Shown one piece after another: positions 24,964-34,247 of a DNA stretch of 57,974 nt. Within the stretch, counting starts at the first letter, position 1. Each line of letters opens with the position of its first letter. A program made the translations under genes and the position numbers. This stretch comes from Deltaproteobacteria bacterium (GTDB lineage: Bacteria > Desulfobacterota > GWC2-55-46 > UBA9637), in contig JACPZB010000085.1 in assembly GCA_016195725.1 (NCBI GenBank), positions 1 to 57,974 of the forward strand. The letters run 5' to 3'. The notes under the pieces were generated by a model that did not search any database, had not been told where the DNA came from, and was given only the letters and a program-made list of their open reading frames with translations.

Positions 24964-25387
24964 AGATAAAGAGCGGCTTGCAAAACATCTGGATTTTTTT
25001 ACAAGCGAATTGGGAGATTTTCAGAAATTCAGGGAATATACATGGAATGATTATCAGTTTGACAGGGATAAACGCAGAAACATTGAAAGGTGGATTGAAA
25101 ATCTTACCAATTCAGTTATTGATATGGCCAAAATATTTCTTGCCGGTGAAGACTTTCCTATGCCTCAAACCTATAAAGAGGCGCTGTTTGCTTTTGGAGC
25201 CAGATATTTTAATGAGGATTTCGGCAAAAAGATTGAGACATGGGGAGTTTTAAGAAATATCGTTGCCCATGAATATCTGGATATAAGATGGAATTCCATT
25301 AAGACATTTATTGGGACAAGCCGGCCATTTTTAGAAGATATACATCATAAAGTCAAAGAAATTCTACTACATGGAGAAGGCAAATGA
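24950..25387 (+). CDS. hepT: HepT-type HEPN (DUF86) RNase toxin
   Basis: LRNIVAHEYLDI carries the Rx4HxY HEPN/DUF86 catalytic motif. 145 aa. Overlaps purS by 4 nt. Confidence 0.85.
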   Translation: MLANRDKERLAKHLDFFTSELGDFQKFREYTWNDYQFDRDKRRNIERWIENLTNSVIDMAKIFLAGEDFPMPQTYKEALFAFGARYFNEDFGKKIETWGVLRNIVAHEYLDIRWNSIKTFIGTSRPFLEDIHHKVKEILLHGEGK

Positions 25388-25623
25388 AGGCAAAGGTTTA
25401 TGTCACATTTAAAAAAGGTGTTCTTGACCCGCAAGGCAAGGCTGTAGGCGCCGCACTTGAATCTATGGGGTATCATGAGGTCAAGAGCCTGAGGATAGGC
25501 AAGTTTATAGAGATTGACTTGAACGGTCTGTCAAAGACAGAGGCTGAAGAAAGGCTCAAAGAGATGTGTAAAAAACTTCTGGCAAATACGGTTGTTGAAG
25601 ACTATAAGGTGGAGATAGAATGA
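25384..25623 (+). CDS. purS: Phosphoribosylformylglycinamidine synthase subunit PurS
   Basis: 79 aa, with [18 protein letters not shown]...[14 protein letters not shown]. Confidence 0.92.
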   Translation: MKAKVYVTFKKGVLDPQGKAVGAALESMGYHEVKSLRIGKFIEIDLNGLSKTEAEERLKEMCKKLLANTVVEDYKVEIE

Positions 25624-26309
25624 AATTCGGCATCATAGTATTCCCTGGTTCCAACTGCGACCATGACTGCTACCATGCGGCAAAGCATGTATTTGGTCAG
25701 GATGCAGAATATATCTGGCACAAGGAGACAAGCGTGAAAGGTTTTGACTGCATTATTCTTCCTGGCGGATTTTCCTATGGTGACTATTTAAGAACCGGCG
25801 CCATTGCCAGATTCTCGCCTGTCATGAATGAGGTTATTAAATTTGCGAGTAGAGGCGGCCTTGTCCTCGGCATATGTAACGGTTTTCAGATATTGACGGA
25901 GGCAGGGCTTTTACCCGGTGTATTGATGAGAAATAAAGGCTTAAGGTTTATATGCCAAAGTGTTTATATCAGAGTAGAAAATAATCAAACAATATTTACC
26001 AAGGCTTACCAAAAAGGGCAGATTTTACATATTCCAATTGCCCATGCAGACGGAAATTATTTTGCAGATAAGGATGCCATCAAGAGACTGGAAGACAACA
26101 ATCAGATAATCTTCAGATATTCTACGAAAGACGGGCAAATCACGGATGATGCAAATCCAAATGGTTCTCTTAACAATATTGCGGGTGTGGTAAATGAAAA
26201 TGGCAATGTTTTTGGCACCATGCCGCATCCGGAAAGGGTTTGTGAATCACTGCTTGGGGGCGATGACGGCAGAGGTGTTTTTGAAGGTATTCTTTCCATT
26301 GTCTCTTAG
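25620..26309 (+). CDS. purQ: Phosphoribosylformylglycinamidine synthase glutaminase subunit PurQ
   Basis: [30 protein letters not shown] (catalytic Cys) and MPHPER. Confidence 0.94.
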   Translation: MKFGIIVFPGSNCDHDCYHAAKHVFGQDAEYIWHKETSVKGFDCIILPGGFSYGDYLRTGAIARFSPVMNEVIKFASRGGLVLGICNGFQILTEAGLLPGVLMRNKGLRFICQSVYIRVENNQTIFTKAYQKGQILHIPIAHADGNYFADKDAIKRLEDNNQIIFRYSTKDGQITDDANPNGSLNNIAGVVNENGNVFGTMPHPERVCESLLGGDDGRGVFEGILSIVS

Positions 26310-26320
26310 ATGCTTGCAGT

Positions 26321-29062
26321 TTGAATTTTATGTCAGCATACAGCCAAAATAATTTCATAAAAGAGAGGCTTGAACTCTTTGACTTTATTTTGAAAGGGGG
26401 GTTTGACCTGAAAACAGGCAAGTTATGGATAATAGAGCCTTTTCAACTGAGATTCCGTTTAGGCGAATCTATAAAAGATTTAAAAATACCTTACCTGTTT
26501 GGCGGAGAGGATGAATCTATAATAGAAAAAGCTATTGTAGCGTTAATAGTGCTTTTAAAAAGACGTTTTGAGCCATATGTAGAGACTGGAATAAAAGACA
26601 GTCTTTCTTCACTTCTCGATATCGAAACCGCCTTGATAGAAAAAACTTACAGAACTGATTATTTCCTGCCGGATTCAGTGGAGAAAAATATTGCAAGCGA
26701 AATATTAACCACTACGCCGGTGATTGATAGTGGAATATTAAAGACATGGCTTGGCTCAAACGGTTATGGGAAGGCATACTATGTGCTGTGTAAAGCGATA
26801 TTAAGAAAGGCTGTATTAGAAGAACTGCACTTGGAAGGTATGGAGAGAACATCATTCTTGGCAGTTATGGCCATTGTCAATGCAACCAGAAAGAAAAAGG
26901 AAGACATTATAAGAAATGCAAAAGTGAGAAGTTTGAATTATGAGAGGTTAGACCAGATAATAGGGCTTGCGCTTTATTTTGTTTTAAAGACGGCTGCTAA
27001 GACTGTAGCATCTGAGCTAAAACAAATAATGTCATCATATGAATCAGCCGATACAGAAAGTCTTTTTGAAGGGTGTTTTACGCCGAGGAGTTTTTTGACT
27101 ATTTATGGAAACATCATTAATAGCGATTTAAATCCATACGGCTTGCAGAAGGATATAGTTGCATCTTTAAAGCCAGTCTATGAAGGCGCAGTTGCTGACG
27201 CTGCCACTACAGAAGATATTGCTGCAAGGATAGAGGACGAGATAAGAAAGAACAAATCTCTCATGGAAGAACTTACCCTGCTTTCCAATATCAACTATAT
27301 GCGACAACTTATAGCTGATTATCTCTTGGATTACGATATATCAGGCATGGATGTCCATCCTTTCCTTGCTGAGCTATATTGTGACAATAGACTTATTCAG
27401 AATTTGTTTGCTGATTCCACTGCTGCGGTTAAACTTATGGAGGGGTTAGAAAAGGTAAAAGGGCAATTTCCAAAGGATACGAGCCGAACAGAAAAAATCA
27501 ATGCGTTGTTGGAATTTATAGCATCGCTCAAAAAAACCTCATTGAGCAGTTTGTTGGGAATAGGTAAAAAAAGGGAAGCAACCATTGGAGGCATAATCAA
27601 TGGCCTCATTGCATACAGGTTTGATGAGGAGGTGGAAAAATTTGTCAGTTCAATGCGGGAATTAATGATTAATCGGCGCAGTGAATTTTCCAGCGAAACA
27701 TTAAAGATGGAATATGAAAGAGGCAGGCTCTACCGTTTCTCTACAGATGAGAGGCATATCCTCAAGGAGTTGGCGATTGAGGCGGAGGGGCATCTTTTTG
27801 TAGATATGAACGATTTCACAAGAAAGACCCTTCGGGCAAAGGAAATTACAATGGCTGACTTTATGGAATCAAATTTTTATAAGCCAATCTTAAGCGCCGC
27901 GAGCAGATACGGTTCTTCAACCAGTGGTTTGGCGAATAATAAGCAGAGTATAAAACTGAATAACCTATTAGGCGATGCGGCAGTTTTTTCCGGAGGGGTT
28001 ACGAATCTCATTGCCCTTGCAGGCGATATTCAGCAGATTATGAGGAGATATAAGGAGCAATTAAAGAAAAGAGTTCCCCATATTGTGGAAGAGGAGCTTC
28101 TCCAGAATGTTCATAGGAATTTTGAGGCAGTGAAAGAGGATATTGCGCGGGAATTGGCTGAAACAGAAAGGGCGGCGGTAGCAAGCGGGAAAAAAGAACT
28201 AAAAGAGAAGGTGTTAGAGCTGAAAGAAAAAGAACAGAGGCTTGAAAAGACATATGGAGAAGAATTAGAGGCCGCAATTGGCCAGGAGATGGAGGCAGGC
28301 CTCTTTATAGCATACGGGAGTAAGGCTGAAATTATTGCGATGCGGGATAGTTTTTGGGGCGAGGTGACGGTAGCTATCGGAGAAAAAATAAATGAGGCAG
28401 CAAGAGGCACTTCTCGAAGCTCTATCGTAAGGGCAAAGATGGAGAGGTTGCTCGAAGAGGAAAGGATGAAGAGGCATAATCCAAATCTTGCGTATCCTCT
28501 TGATGTTTATATAGACACAACATACGGCATTTTAATGCCCACAAGTTTGGATGATTTGATGGAGGCTATCATTATTCAGAAAAATATATCCAAGGCAAGA
28601 GATATAGCCCAGATATTGGCTCAGGAATCGTATAAGGACCTCAGAAGCATTATTTCCGGAGAGCCTTTTTCGTCTTTAAGGATACTAACCACTACGAGCG
28701 ATATATATAATAAGGGGCAAGCATTAAGCGAGGATGCATTGAACGCATATATAAAAGAGAATAGAGGAAAGGGATTCTTTTTTAAACGAAAAGCTCAGAT
28801 AACGGAATTGGATAAAGAAATACAGAAGACCTTTTTCTTTCCCTTTAAAATATTGAAGCTGTGGTTTGGAGTATTCGTTACAGAGGGGATGAAGAATATT
28901 GAAATATTTTGTAAGGCGGGAGAAATAACCTTTAAAGGTTTTGAGGCGGCAACCCCGACAGTTGTCTACGAGATAGTCAATAAAAATTCAGAGTTTTCAA
29001 GGTTTTTGTTAAAGCATCACTTTGATACATGGTATGAAGATGCAAAAAGGGCATCAAGGTAG
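26321..29062 (+). CDS. Large (913 aa) uncharacterised protein. It has a helical N-terminal half and a putative divergent class III nucleotidyl-cyclase-like core (about aa 488-700, nt 27782-28420) interrupted by a coiled-coil insert.
   Basis: HLFVDMNDFT resembles lFaDivGFT. LLGDAAVFSG resembles iGDa.mavFg. GLFIAYGSKAEI and VAIGEKINEAARG resemble riGih.G and v.GdtVNlAaR. A charged heptad-like insert spans aa ~583-657. The start could be TTG 26321 or ATG 26330, 11-20 nt after purQ. Confidence 0.7.
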   Translation: MNFMSAYSQNNFIKERLELFDFILKGGFDLKTGKLWIIEPFQLRFRLGESIKDLKIPYLFGGEDESIIEKAIVALIVLLKRRFEPYVETGIKDSLSSLLDIETALIEKTYRTDYFLPDSVEKNIASEILTTTPVIDSGILKTWLGSNGYGKAYYVLCKAILRKAVLEELHLEGMERTSFLAVMAIVNATRKKKEDIIRNAKVRSLNYERLDQIIGLALYFVLKTAAKTVASELKQIMSSYESADTESLFEGCFTPRSFLTIYGNIINSDLNPYGLQKDIVASLKPVYEGAVADAATTEDIAARIEDEIRKNKSLMEELTLLSNINYMRQLIADYLLDYDISGMDVHPFLAELYCDNRLIQNLFADSTAAVKLMEGLEKVKGQFPKDTSRTEKINALLEFIASLKKTSLSSLLGIGKKREATIGGIINGLIAYRFDEEVEKFVSSMRELMINRRSEFSSETLKMEYERGRLYRFSTDERHILKELAIEAEGHLFVDMNDFTRKTLRAKEITMADFMESNFYKPILSAASRYGSSTSGLANNKQSIKLNNLLGDAAVFSGGVTNLIALAGDIQQIMRRYKEQLKKRVPHIVEEELLQNVHRNFEAVKEDIARELAETERAAVASGKKELKEKVLELKEKEQRLEKTYGEELEAAIGQEMEAGLFIAYGSKAEIIAMRDSFWGEVTVAIGEKINEAARGTSRSSIVRAKMERLLEEERMKRHNPNLAYPLDVYIDTTYGILMPTSLDDLMEAIIIQKNISKARDIAQILAQESYKDLRSIISGEPFSSLRILTTTSDIYNKGQALSEDALNAYIKENRGKGFFFKRKAQITELDKEIQKTFFFPFKILKLWFGVFVTEGMKNIEIFCKAGEITFKGFEAATPTVVYEIVNKNSEFSRFLLKHHFDTWYEDAKRASR

Positions 29063-29140
29063 CAGAGGCTCTTTACCCCTGCCAACGACAAAGGAGATAA
29101 TGAGTATTTTGTTATAACAAGACATAATTTGTCATAGGGC

Positions 29141-29169
29141 TTGACTAAAATTCAAGAAAATTTTAAGAT
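29141..29169 (+). promoter_or_regulatory. Putative sigma70 promoter upstream of miaB
   Basis: TTGACT (29141-29146), 17 nt, then TAAGAT (29164-29169). Confidence 0.45.
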
Positions 29170-29192
29170 AGGTTCAGTATAGGGGACTTCAA

Positions 29193-30590
29193 TTGCAAAC
29201 AGAAGAAAAGTATATCTTTATTGAAACCTTCGGTTGCCAGATGAATGAAAACGACTCGGAAAGGATGATGGCTATTCTCAAGCATCTGAACTATAAAACT
29301 ACCAAGAATCTACACGAAGCAGATATGGTTATCCTCAATACATGCAGCATCAGGAATAGGGCAGAGCAAAAGGTTTATAGTGCCTTGGGGAGGCTCAAGA
29401 AACTAAAAACTGATAAACCAGAGTTAATTATTGGTGTGGGAGGCTGTGTGGCGCAGCAGGAAGGAGAAAGGCTGCTGAAGAGGGTGCCGCACCTTGATAT
29501 TGTATTTGGCACCCATAATATCCACTGCCTGCCTGATTTAATGAAGAAGGTTAAAGTTGAGAGAAATAGGGTTGCGGTTACTGAATTTGTTGATTCTATT
29601 GAAGAGGAATCGTTTGCTTATGCATATGCAGAAGATTATTCTGGAAGCCAATCTCAGAGGGTTAAGGCATTTGTTGCTGCAATGAGAGGATGCGATAATT
29701 TTTGTTCATATTGCATAGTTCCCTATGTACGGGGAAGGGAAATGAGCAGAAAAAGCGCCGATATTCTTCAAGAGGTGAATAGATTGGCAGAATCTAACAT
29801 CAAAGAGGTAACTCTTGTAGGACAGAATGTAAATTCCTATGGGAATAAGGAAGAAGATATCTCCTTCACAGGGCTTCTGAAGGCAGTATGCAGGGTGAAT
29901 GGAATAGAAAGGGTTCGTTTTATGACCTCACACCCCAAGGATATGTCAGAAGAGCTGATAGAACTTTTTGGGGAAGAGGATAAGCTTTGCAGACATATCC
30001 ATCTGCCTGTTCAGTCAGGTTCTAATATAATCTTGGAAAAGATGAAGAGGGGTTATACAAGGGAAGATTATTTAAATAAGGCTTGTAAGCTCAAAAGACT
30101 TTACCCTGAAATAGGGATTACCAGCGATATTATTGTTGGTTTTCCCGGAGAAACCGAAGCTCAATTTTTAGAGACCATGAGTTTGATTCAAGAGGTAGAG
30201 TTTGACAACATATTTTCATTTAAATATTCTCCCAGGCCAGAAACAGAGGCAGCGGCATTTGATGATCATATCCCAGAACCGATAAAAGAGGAAAGGCTTG
30301 ATATACTCCAGAAGATGCAGAGAGATATAACCCTCCGTAAAAACCAGAAAATGGTCGGGCAGATAGTTGATATTTTAATAGAAGGAAAAAGCAAAACAGC
30401 TAAGGGAGCAAGTCATACTGCGAACAATCAGCTTATGGGCAGGACTTCCTGCAATAAAGCAGTAAATATTTCAGGGGATGATGCTTATGTTGGAAAGATT
30501 GTGCCGGTTAGGATAGAGAAGGCTTCTGTAAATTCCCTGCTGGGTTTTATTGTAAAAAATAGAGAAGAAAGGATACATGTATGCTGTTAG
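29193..30590 (+). CDS. miaB: tRNA-2-methylthio-N6-dimethylallyladenosine synthase (radical SAM methylthiotransferase)
   Basis: The UPF0004 domain FIETFGCQMNENDSE, the radical SAM CDNFCSYCIVPYVRG motif and a TRAM C-terminus. TTG start. Confidence 0.92.
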   Translation: MQTEEKYIFIETFGCQMNENDSERMMAILKHLNYKTTKNLHEADMVILNTCSIRNRAEQKVYSALGRLKKLKTDKPELIIGVGGCVAQQEGERLLKRVPHLDIVFGTHNIHCLPDLMKKVKVERNRVAVTEFVDSIEEESFAYAYAEDYSGSQSQRVKAFVAAMRGCDNFCSYCIVPYVRGREMSRKSADILQEVNRLAESNIKEVTLVGQNVNSYGNKEEDISFTGLLKAVCRVNGIERVRFMTSHPKDMSEELIELFGEEDKLCRHIHLPVQSGSNIILEKMKRGYTREDYLNKACKLKRLYPEIGITSDIIVGFPGETEAQFLETMSLIQEVEFDNIFSFKYSPRPETEAAAFDDHIPEPIKEERLDILQKMQRDITLRKNQKMVGQIVDILIEGKSKTAKGASHTANNQLMGRTSCNKAVNISGDDAYVGKIVPVRIEKASVNSLLGFIVKNREERIHVCC

Positions 30591-31078
30591 AAATGAGAGT
30601 CTTTGGGCTTGCCATAGACCCGTTTAATAATGCACCGATAATTATTTTGAAGGATGCAGAAGATAAAAATGTCCTTCCTATATGGATAGGACCATTGGAG
30701 GCAAGTGCTATTGCGACACAGTTGGAGAAGATACAATTGGCCAGACCCATGACCCATGATTTATTAAAAGATATTTTTAAGAATCTTGGTGTAACTGTTT
30801 CTAAGGTTGAGATAACGGACCTCGAAGACAATGTTTATTATGCAGTCATTTACCTGATAGTTGGGAATACTTGCCATACGATAGATGCAAGGCCCAGTGA
30901 TGCAATTGCTGTTGCCTTACGTGCAAATTCTCCGATATTTGTTGAAAAGAAGGTTTTAGAAAAGTCTAGGAATGTTGATGCCGCAAAGCAGGCGAACAGG
31001 GATGAAAAGAGCCAAACCGAGTGGTTGGAAATACTGGAGAATCTTTCTCCTGAGAATTTTGGAAAATACAAGATGTAA
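30581..31078 (+). CDS. Bifunctional nuclease (BFN/DUF151) family protein
   Basis: VFGLAIDPFNNAPIIILKD...LPIWIGPLEASAIA...RPMTHDLL...DARPSDAIAVALR. Confidence 0.85.
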   Translation: MLLEMRVFGLAIDPFNNAPIIILKDAEDKNVLPIWIGPLEASAIATQLEKIQLARPMTHDLLKDIFKNLGVTVSKVEITDLEDNVYYAVIYLIVGNTCHTIDARPSDAIAVALRANSPIFVEKKVLEKSRNVDAAKQANRDEKSQTEWLEILENLSPENFGKYKM

Positions 31079-31176
31079 AAAAGGGAGGCTAGGGGTTAGG
31101 GGATAGAGACTGGCGGCGAGTAGTTGCTGGCCTTTAGCTCCCGATTTCTGGCCCCTGTCATTTGAAAGGTTATTAA

Positions 31177-32550
31177 ATGGTCGGAAAAATTGTGGAAATA
31201 GGCGCTTGTGAGGGTGTTGAGAAAATCCTTTCTCAGAAAGGATATGCTGTGGAGCATGTGGAACAAAAAAAAGTTTTAGATGTATTAAGAAAAGAAGGGG
31301 TAGAGGCCGTTGTTATTGATATAGACGATACGGTAAAATCTCATGTAGTTATAAGCGGTATTAGACATCTTTATCCTGGTTTATGGATAACGGCCATCTC
31401 TCATAATAATAATGATAAGCAAATTTCTCTTATATTAAAAGCTGGCGCTAGCAAGTATGTTCTAAAACCAATCAACGAAGACAATCTTTCTGTAAGTGAA
31501 GAACAGCAGGCGGCTGTTGCCCAGCCCTCTCCATCAAAGATGCAGATAAATCCTGCTATTTTAGACGAATCTAAAAAAATATTCCCGCCCCGGTTTCATA
31601 ATGCCTTTTTTTTAACAGAATACGGCAAGTTAGAGACATTACGAGCAGAAAGATACACTAAGAACTTTTCTATCATTCTTACTCATATAGAAGAATTTCA
31701 CCATCTCAAAAAAAAACTGGAAAAAAACGAACTTCTGGCTTTTCTAAAAGATATTATAAAGACCATCATGGAGACTTTAAGAAATTGCGATGTTATTGGA
31801 ATGGTGGAGGATAAAAAGCTTGTTGCCATACTTCCGGAAACTGATTATTTTGGTTCGTGCATAGCTGTAAGAAAAATCAAAAAGGCCATAGAGAATGCAG
31901 CTACGAAAGGTGAGCCGCATGCCTCTATTATATTTTCCAATGTTTCATACCCGCGGGATGGCAAGGGATATGGTGAATTACTGAGCGCAGCCGAGCAACG
32001 GGCAAGAGAACAGAAAGAGGGGATATGGCAAAAGTTAAAGTTTGAAGACAGGCCCTTTTGGGAGATTATTTCTACCCTGCTTGAGGAAAAGGGCTATGAA
32101 GAAAAAGAGGTAGCTCCTTTTGACCTTGGCAAGGGGCTTGACCTTCCTATATTCTTCCTTGACAGGCTTCAAGAAATAGCCCTTCAGGAGATAGTGCGAG
32201 ATCCGAAGAAAAAAGGTTACCTCTATATTGGAATAAGAAAGATTCTGCCCAACCTTCCTCTTTTGAAGTCCTTGGATACCATAGGCTCTACGGCAACAAA
32301 AATCTTTGTGGTCGGTGAAGGTGAAGAAGGTAGATGGAACCTTACAAATGCAACCCCTTTATATCTGACGGACCCCCGTTTATTGGAGACGTTCTTCATT
32401 TTTTTCCTCAGAGAAGATTTTGCATATGCAGTTGCATGCAAGGAGCGGTGGGGCGAGCAATATTCATGTTTCCATACAGTAGACCCATATCTTATAGAGG
32501 GTTTGATAAGTAAGTTTCAGGCAGATTATTCTCTACAGGAGCAAATATAA
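31177..32550 (+). CDS. Signalling protein: degenerate receiver-like domain, degenerate GGDEF-like domain and a DICT-like C-terminal domain
   Basis: The receiver lacks the N-terminal acidic pair (IVEIGACEG) but keeps VVIDID, ITAIS and KYVLKP. The GGDEF-fold region FSIILTHIEEFHHLKK...VIGMVEDKKLVAILPETD has MVEDK in place of GGDEF. The C-terminus ...ETFFIFFLREDFAYAVACKE...FHTVDPYLIEGL resembles DICT. Confidence 0.6.
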   Translation: MVGKIVEIGACEGVEKILSQKGYAVEHVEQKKVLDVLRKEGVEAVVIDIDDTVKSHVVISGIRHLYPGLWITAISHNNNDKQISLILKAGASKYVLKPINEDNLSVSEEQQAAVAQPSPSKMQINPAILDESKKIFPPRFHNAFFLTEYGKLETLRAERYTKNFSIILTHIEEFHHLKKKLEKNELLAFLKDIIKTIMETLRNCDVIGMVEDKKLVAILPETDYFGSCIAVRKIKKAIENAATKGEPHASIIFSNVSYPRDGKGYGELLSAAEQRAREQKEGIWQKLKFEDRPFWEIISTLLEEKGYEEKEVAPFDLGKGLDLPIFFLDRLQEIALQEIVRDPKKKGYLYIGIRKILPNLPLLKSLDTIGSTATKIFVVGEGEEGRWNLTNATPLYLTDPRLLETFFIFFLREDFAYAVACKERWGEQYSCFHTVDPYLIEGLISKFQADYSLQEQI

Positions 32551-32610
32551 ATCATAAACGGAAGCCGATAGTCAAAAGAAAAATACAGCAATAAAAGCAG
32601 GTAGAAAATT

Positions 32611-34173
32611 ATGGCAGACAACAAAAAAATCTTGCTGACCTTTCATGATAAAGACAATATGTCAGCTATTGGCGAGTATTTAAAACAAAAAGGTTTTCGT
32701 ATACTCGCTGCCAATGATGGCGCTGCTGTTATGGAGATTGCCTTAAATGAAAAGCCGTCAATAATAATAGTTGAGCTTGATCTTCCTGTGATAGACGGTG
32801 AAAGGGTCTTCCAAATACTGCGCAACAATCCGCATACGGCTAATCTGCCTTTTATCTTTATAGGCTCTGAGGCTGTAGATATTAAAGGTTTTCGTAGGGA
32901 TATTGATTCGCTTTTGCTTCAGCCGGTGAAGGGAGAGGAAATATTAAAAAGGATAAACAGCGCATTTGCTGGAAAAGAGGGGCTGAAGGCTCAGATTAGC
33001 GATAAGGAGATTGAAGGAAGACTTTCTCATATTTCACTGGGAGATTTATTGCAGATACTTCATCTTAACAGAAAGGAAGGCGTGCTAAAAGTCTCTCACG
33101 AGGATGAGGAAGGTCTTATTTATATAAAGGAAGGGGTAATATACAATGCAGCTATAGGGGAAATGGAAAGGGAGAAGGCATTGTTCAGGCTTCTAACATG
33201 GCATGATGGCAAGTTTGAGTTTTCACCAAAACTAATTGATATTCCTCAAAAGATACATCGTTCCGCCGGCAATCTATTAATGGAAGGTATGCGTCAGTAT
33301 GATGAATGGAATAAGGCAAAAGAGCAGCTGCCAAAACCTGATTCCAAGATGAAACTAAAAGTTGATATTTCCAGTTTGCCAAAGGGGCTGAAACCTATCA
33401 TATATGAGGTTATGTTTCTAATAGATTTCTATCCTACGGTTAAGGATCTCGTGGACCACTGTACCTTTCCTGATTATGAAGTTTATCAAACTTTAGCAGG
33501 TTTGGTGCGTAAAGGGGTTCTGGAAAATATCAAAGATAAAAAGGGTGAAGAAAAACTGGGAGCGGATGTGCGGAAAATACTCACGTCCAGCCAGGCATTA
33601 AAGATTAGAGAAAAGGTTTCTAACAGGTGGAAAGATATGGAGGACGCAACATTTGGCAAGATATTTATAGTAGCCTCTAATGATAACCTTGTTATGAACT
33701 TAGTTGACTCCTGCAAAGAGCTTCCTGGTTTTTCTGTAAACAGGCAATTTATTACATCTCCAATGTATCGCGAGAACCCTCTCGGAGATATAGCAACGCT
33801 TAAATTGCATGGGGGCATGGAGATAGTTTTATTTGCCATTCCTCGGAATGTACGAATGAAACCTTTATGGAAGGCATTTTCTAAAAATATTATAGGGATG
33901 ATTATAGTATGTGATAATGAAGACATGCGTGACGCCAAACAACTATCATCTGTTAAGGACTATATGCTTTCTCTGCGACGTATCCCTATCATATACGCTA
34001 TTTCTGCTCGTAAAGACATTGAGAGGGGGCAAGAGGAAGAGTTTAGAAGGATGTTGGCAATGAAGAGAGAAGAAAGAATATTTGCCTTTGAGCCGATGGA
34101 TCACGACAAAGTGTTTCAGATTTTCAGCTCCTTCTTTAGTTACCTGCTGAAAGATGAGTATATATCGGGATAA
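32611..34173 (+). CDS. Response-regulator receiver, a DUF4388 (PATAN-type) domain and a degenerate small-GTPase-like C-terminal domain
   Basis: REC: KILLTFHDKD...IIIVELDLPVIDG. DUF4388: GRLSHISLGDLLQILHLNRKEGVLKV...IYIKEGVIYNA...LLTWHDGKFEF. The C-terminus KIFIVASNDN...IIVCDNED...AISARKD has a Ras-like layout but no P-loop GxxxxGK. Confidence 0.65.
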   Translation: MADNKKILLTFHDKDNMSAIGEYLKQKGFRILAANDGAAVMEIALNEKPSIIIVELDLPVIDGERVFQILRNNPHTANLPFIFIGSEAVDIKGFRRDIDSLLLQPVKGEEILKRINSAFAGKEGLKAQISDKEIEGRLSHISLGDLLQILHLNRKEGVLKVSHEDEEGLIYIKEGVIYNAAIGEMEREKALFRLLTWHDGKFEFSPKLIDIPQKIHRSAGNLLMEGMRQYDEWNKAKEQLPKPDSKMKLKVDISSLPKGLKPIIYEVMFLIDFYPTVKDLVDHCTFPDYEVYQTLAGLVRKGVLENIKDKKGEEKLGADVRKILTSSQALKIREKVSNRWKDMEDATFGKIFIVASNDNLVMNLVDSCKELPGFSVNRQFITSPMYRENPLGDIATLKLHGGMEIVLFAIPRNVRMKPLWKAFSKNIIGMIIVCDNEDMRDAKQLSSVKDYMLSLRRIPIIYAISARKDIERGQEEEFRRMLAMKREERIFAFEPMDHDKVFQIFSSFFSYLLKDEYISG

Positions 34174-34247
34174 AATTGTAAATTGCAAAATGCAAACTGA
34201 GGTGTGAAGCAAAAAGCCTCTCTCCTCCAACCTCTTGCAATTTTTCA

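Noticed and set aside
26321-29062. Calling the 913-aa ORF purL because it follows purS-purQ
   Set aside because: No PurL/AIR-synthase-related repeats or ATP-binding motifs are present. The only recognisable motifs are cyclase-like.
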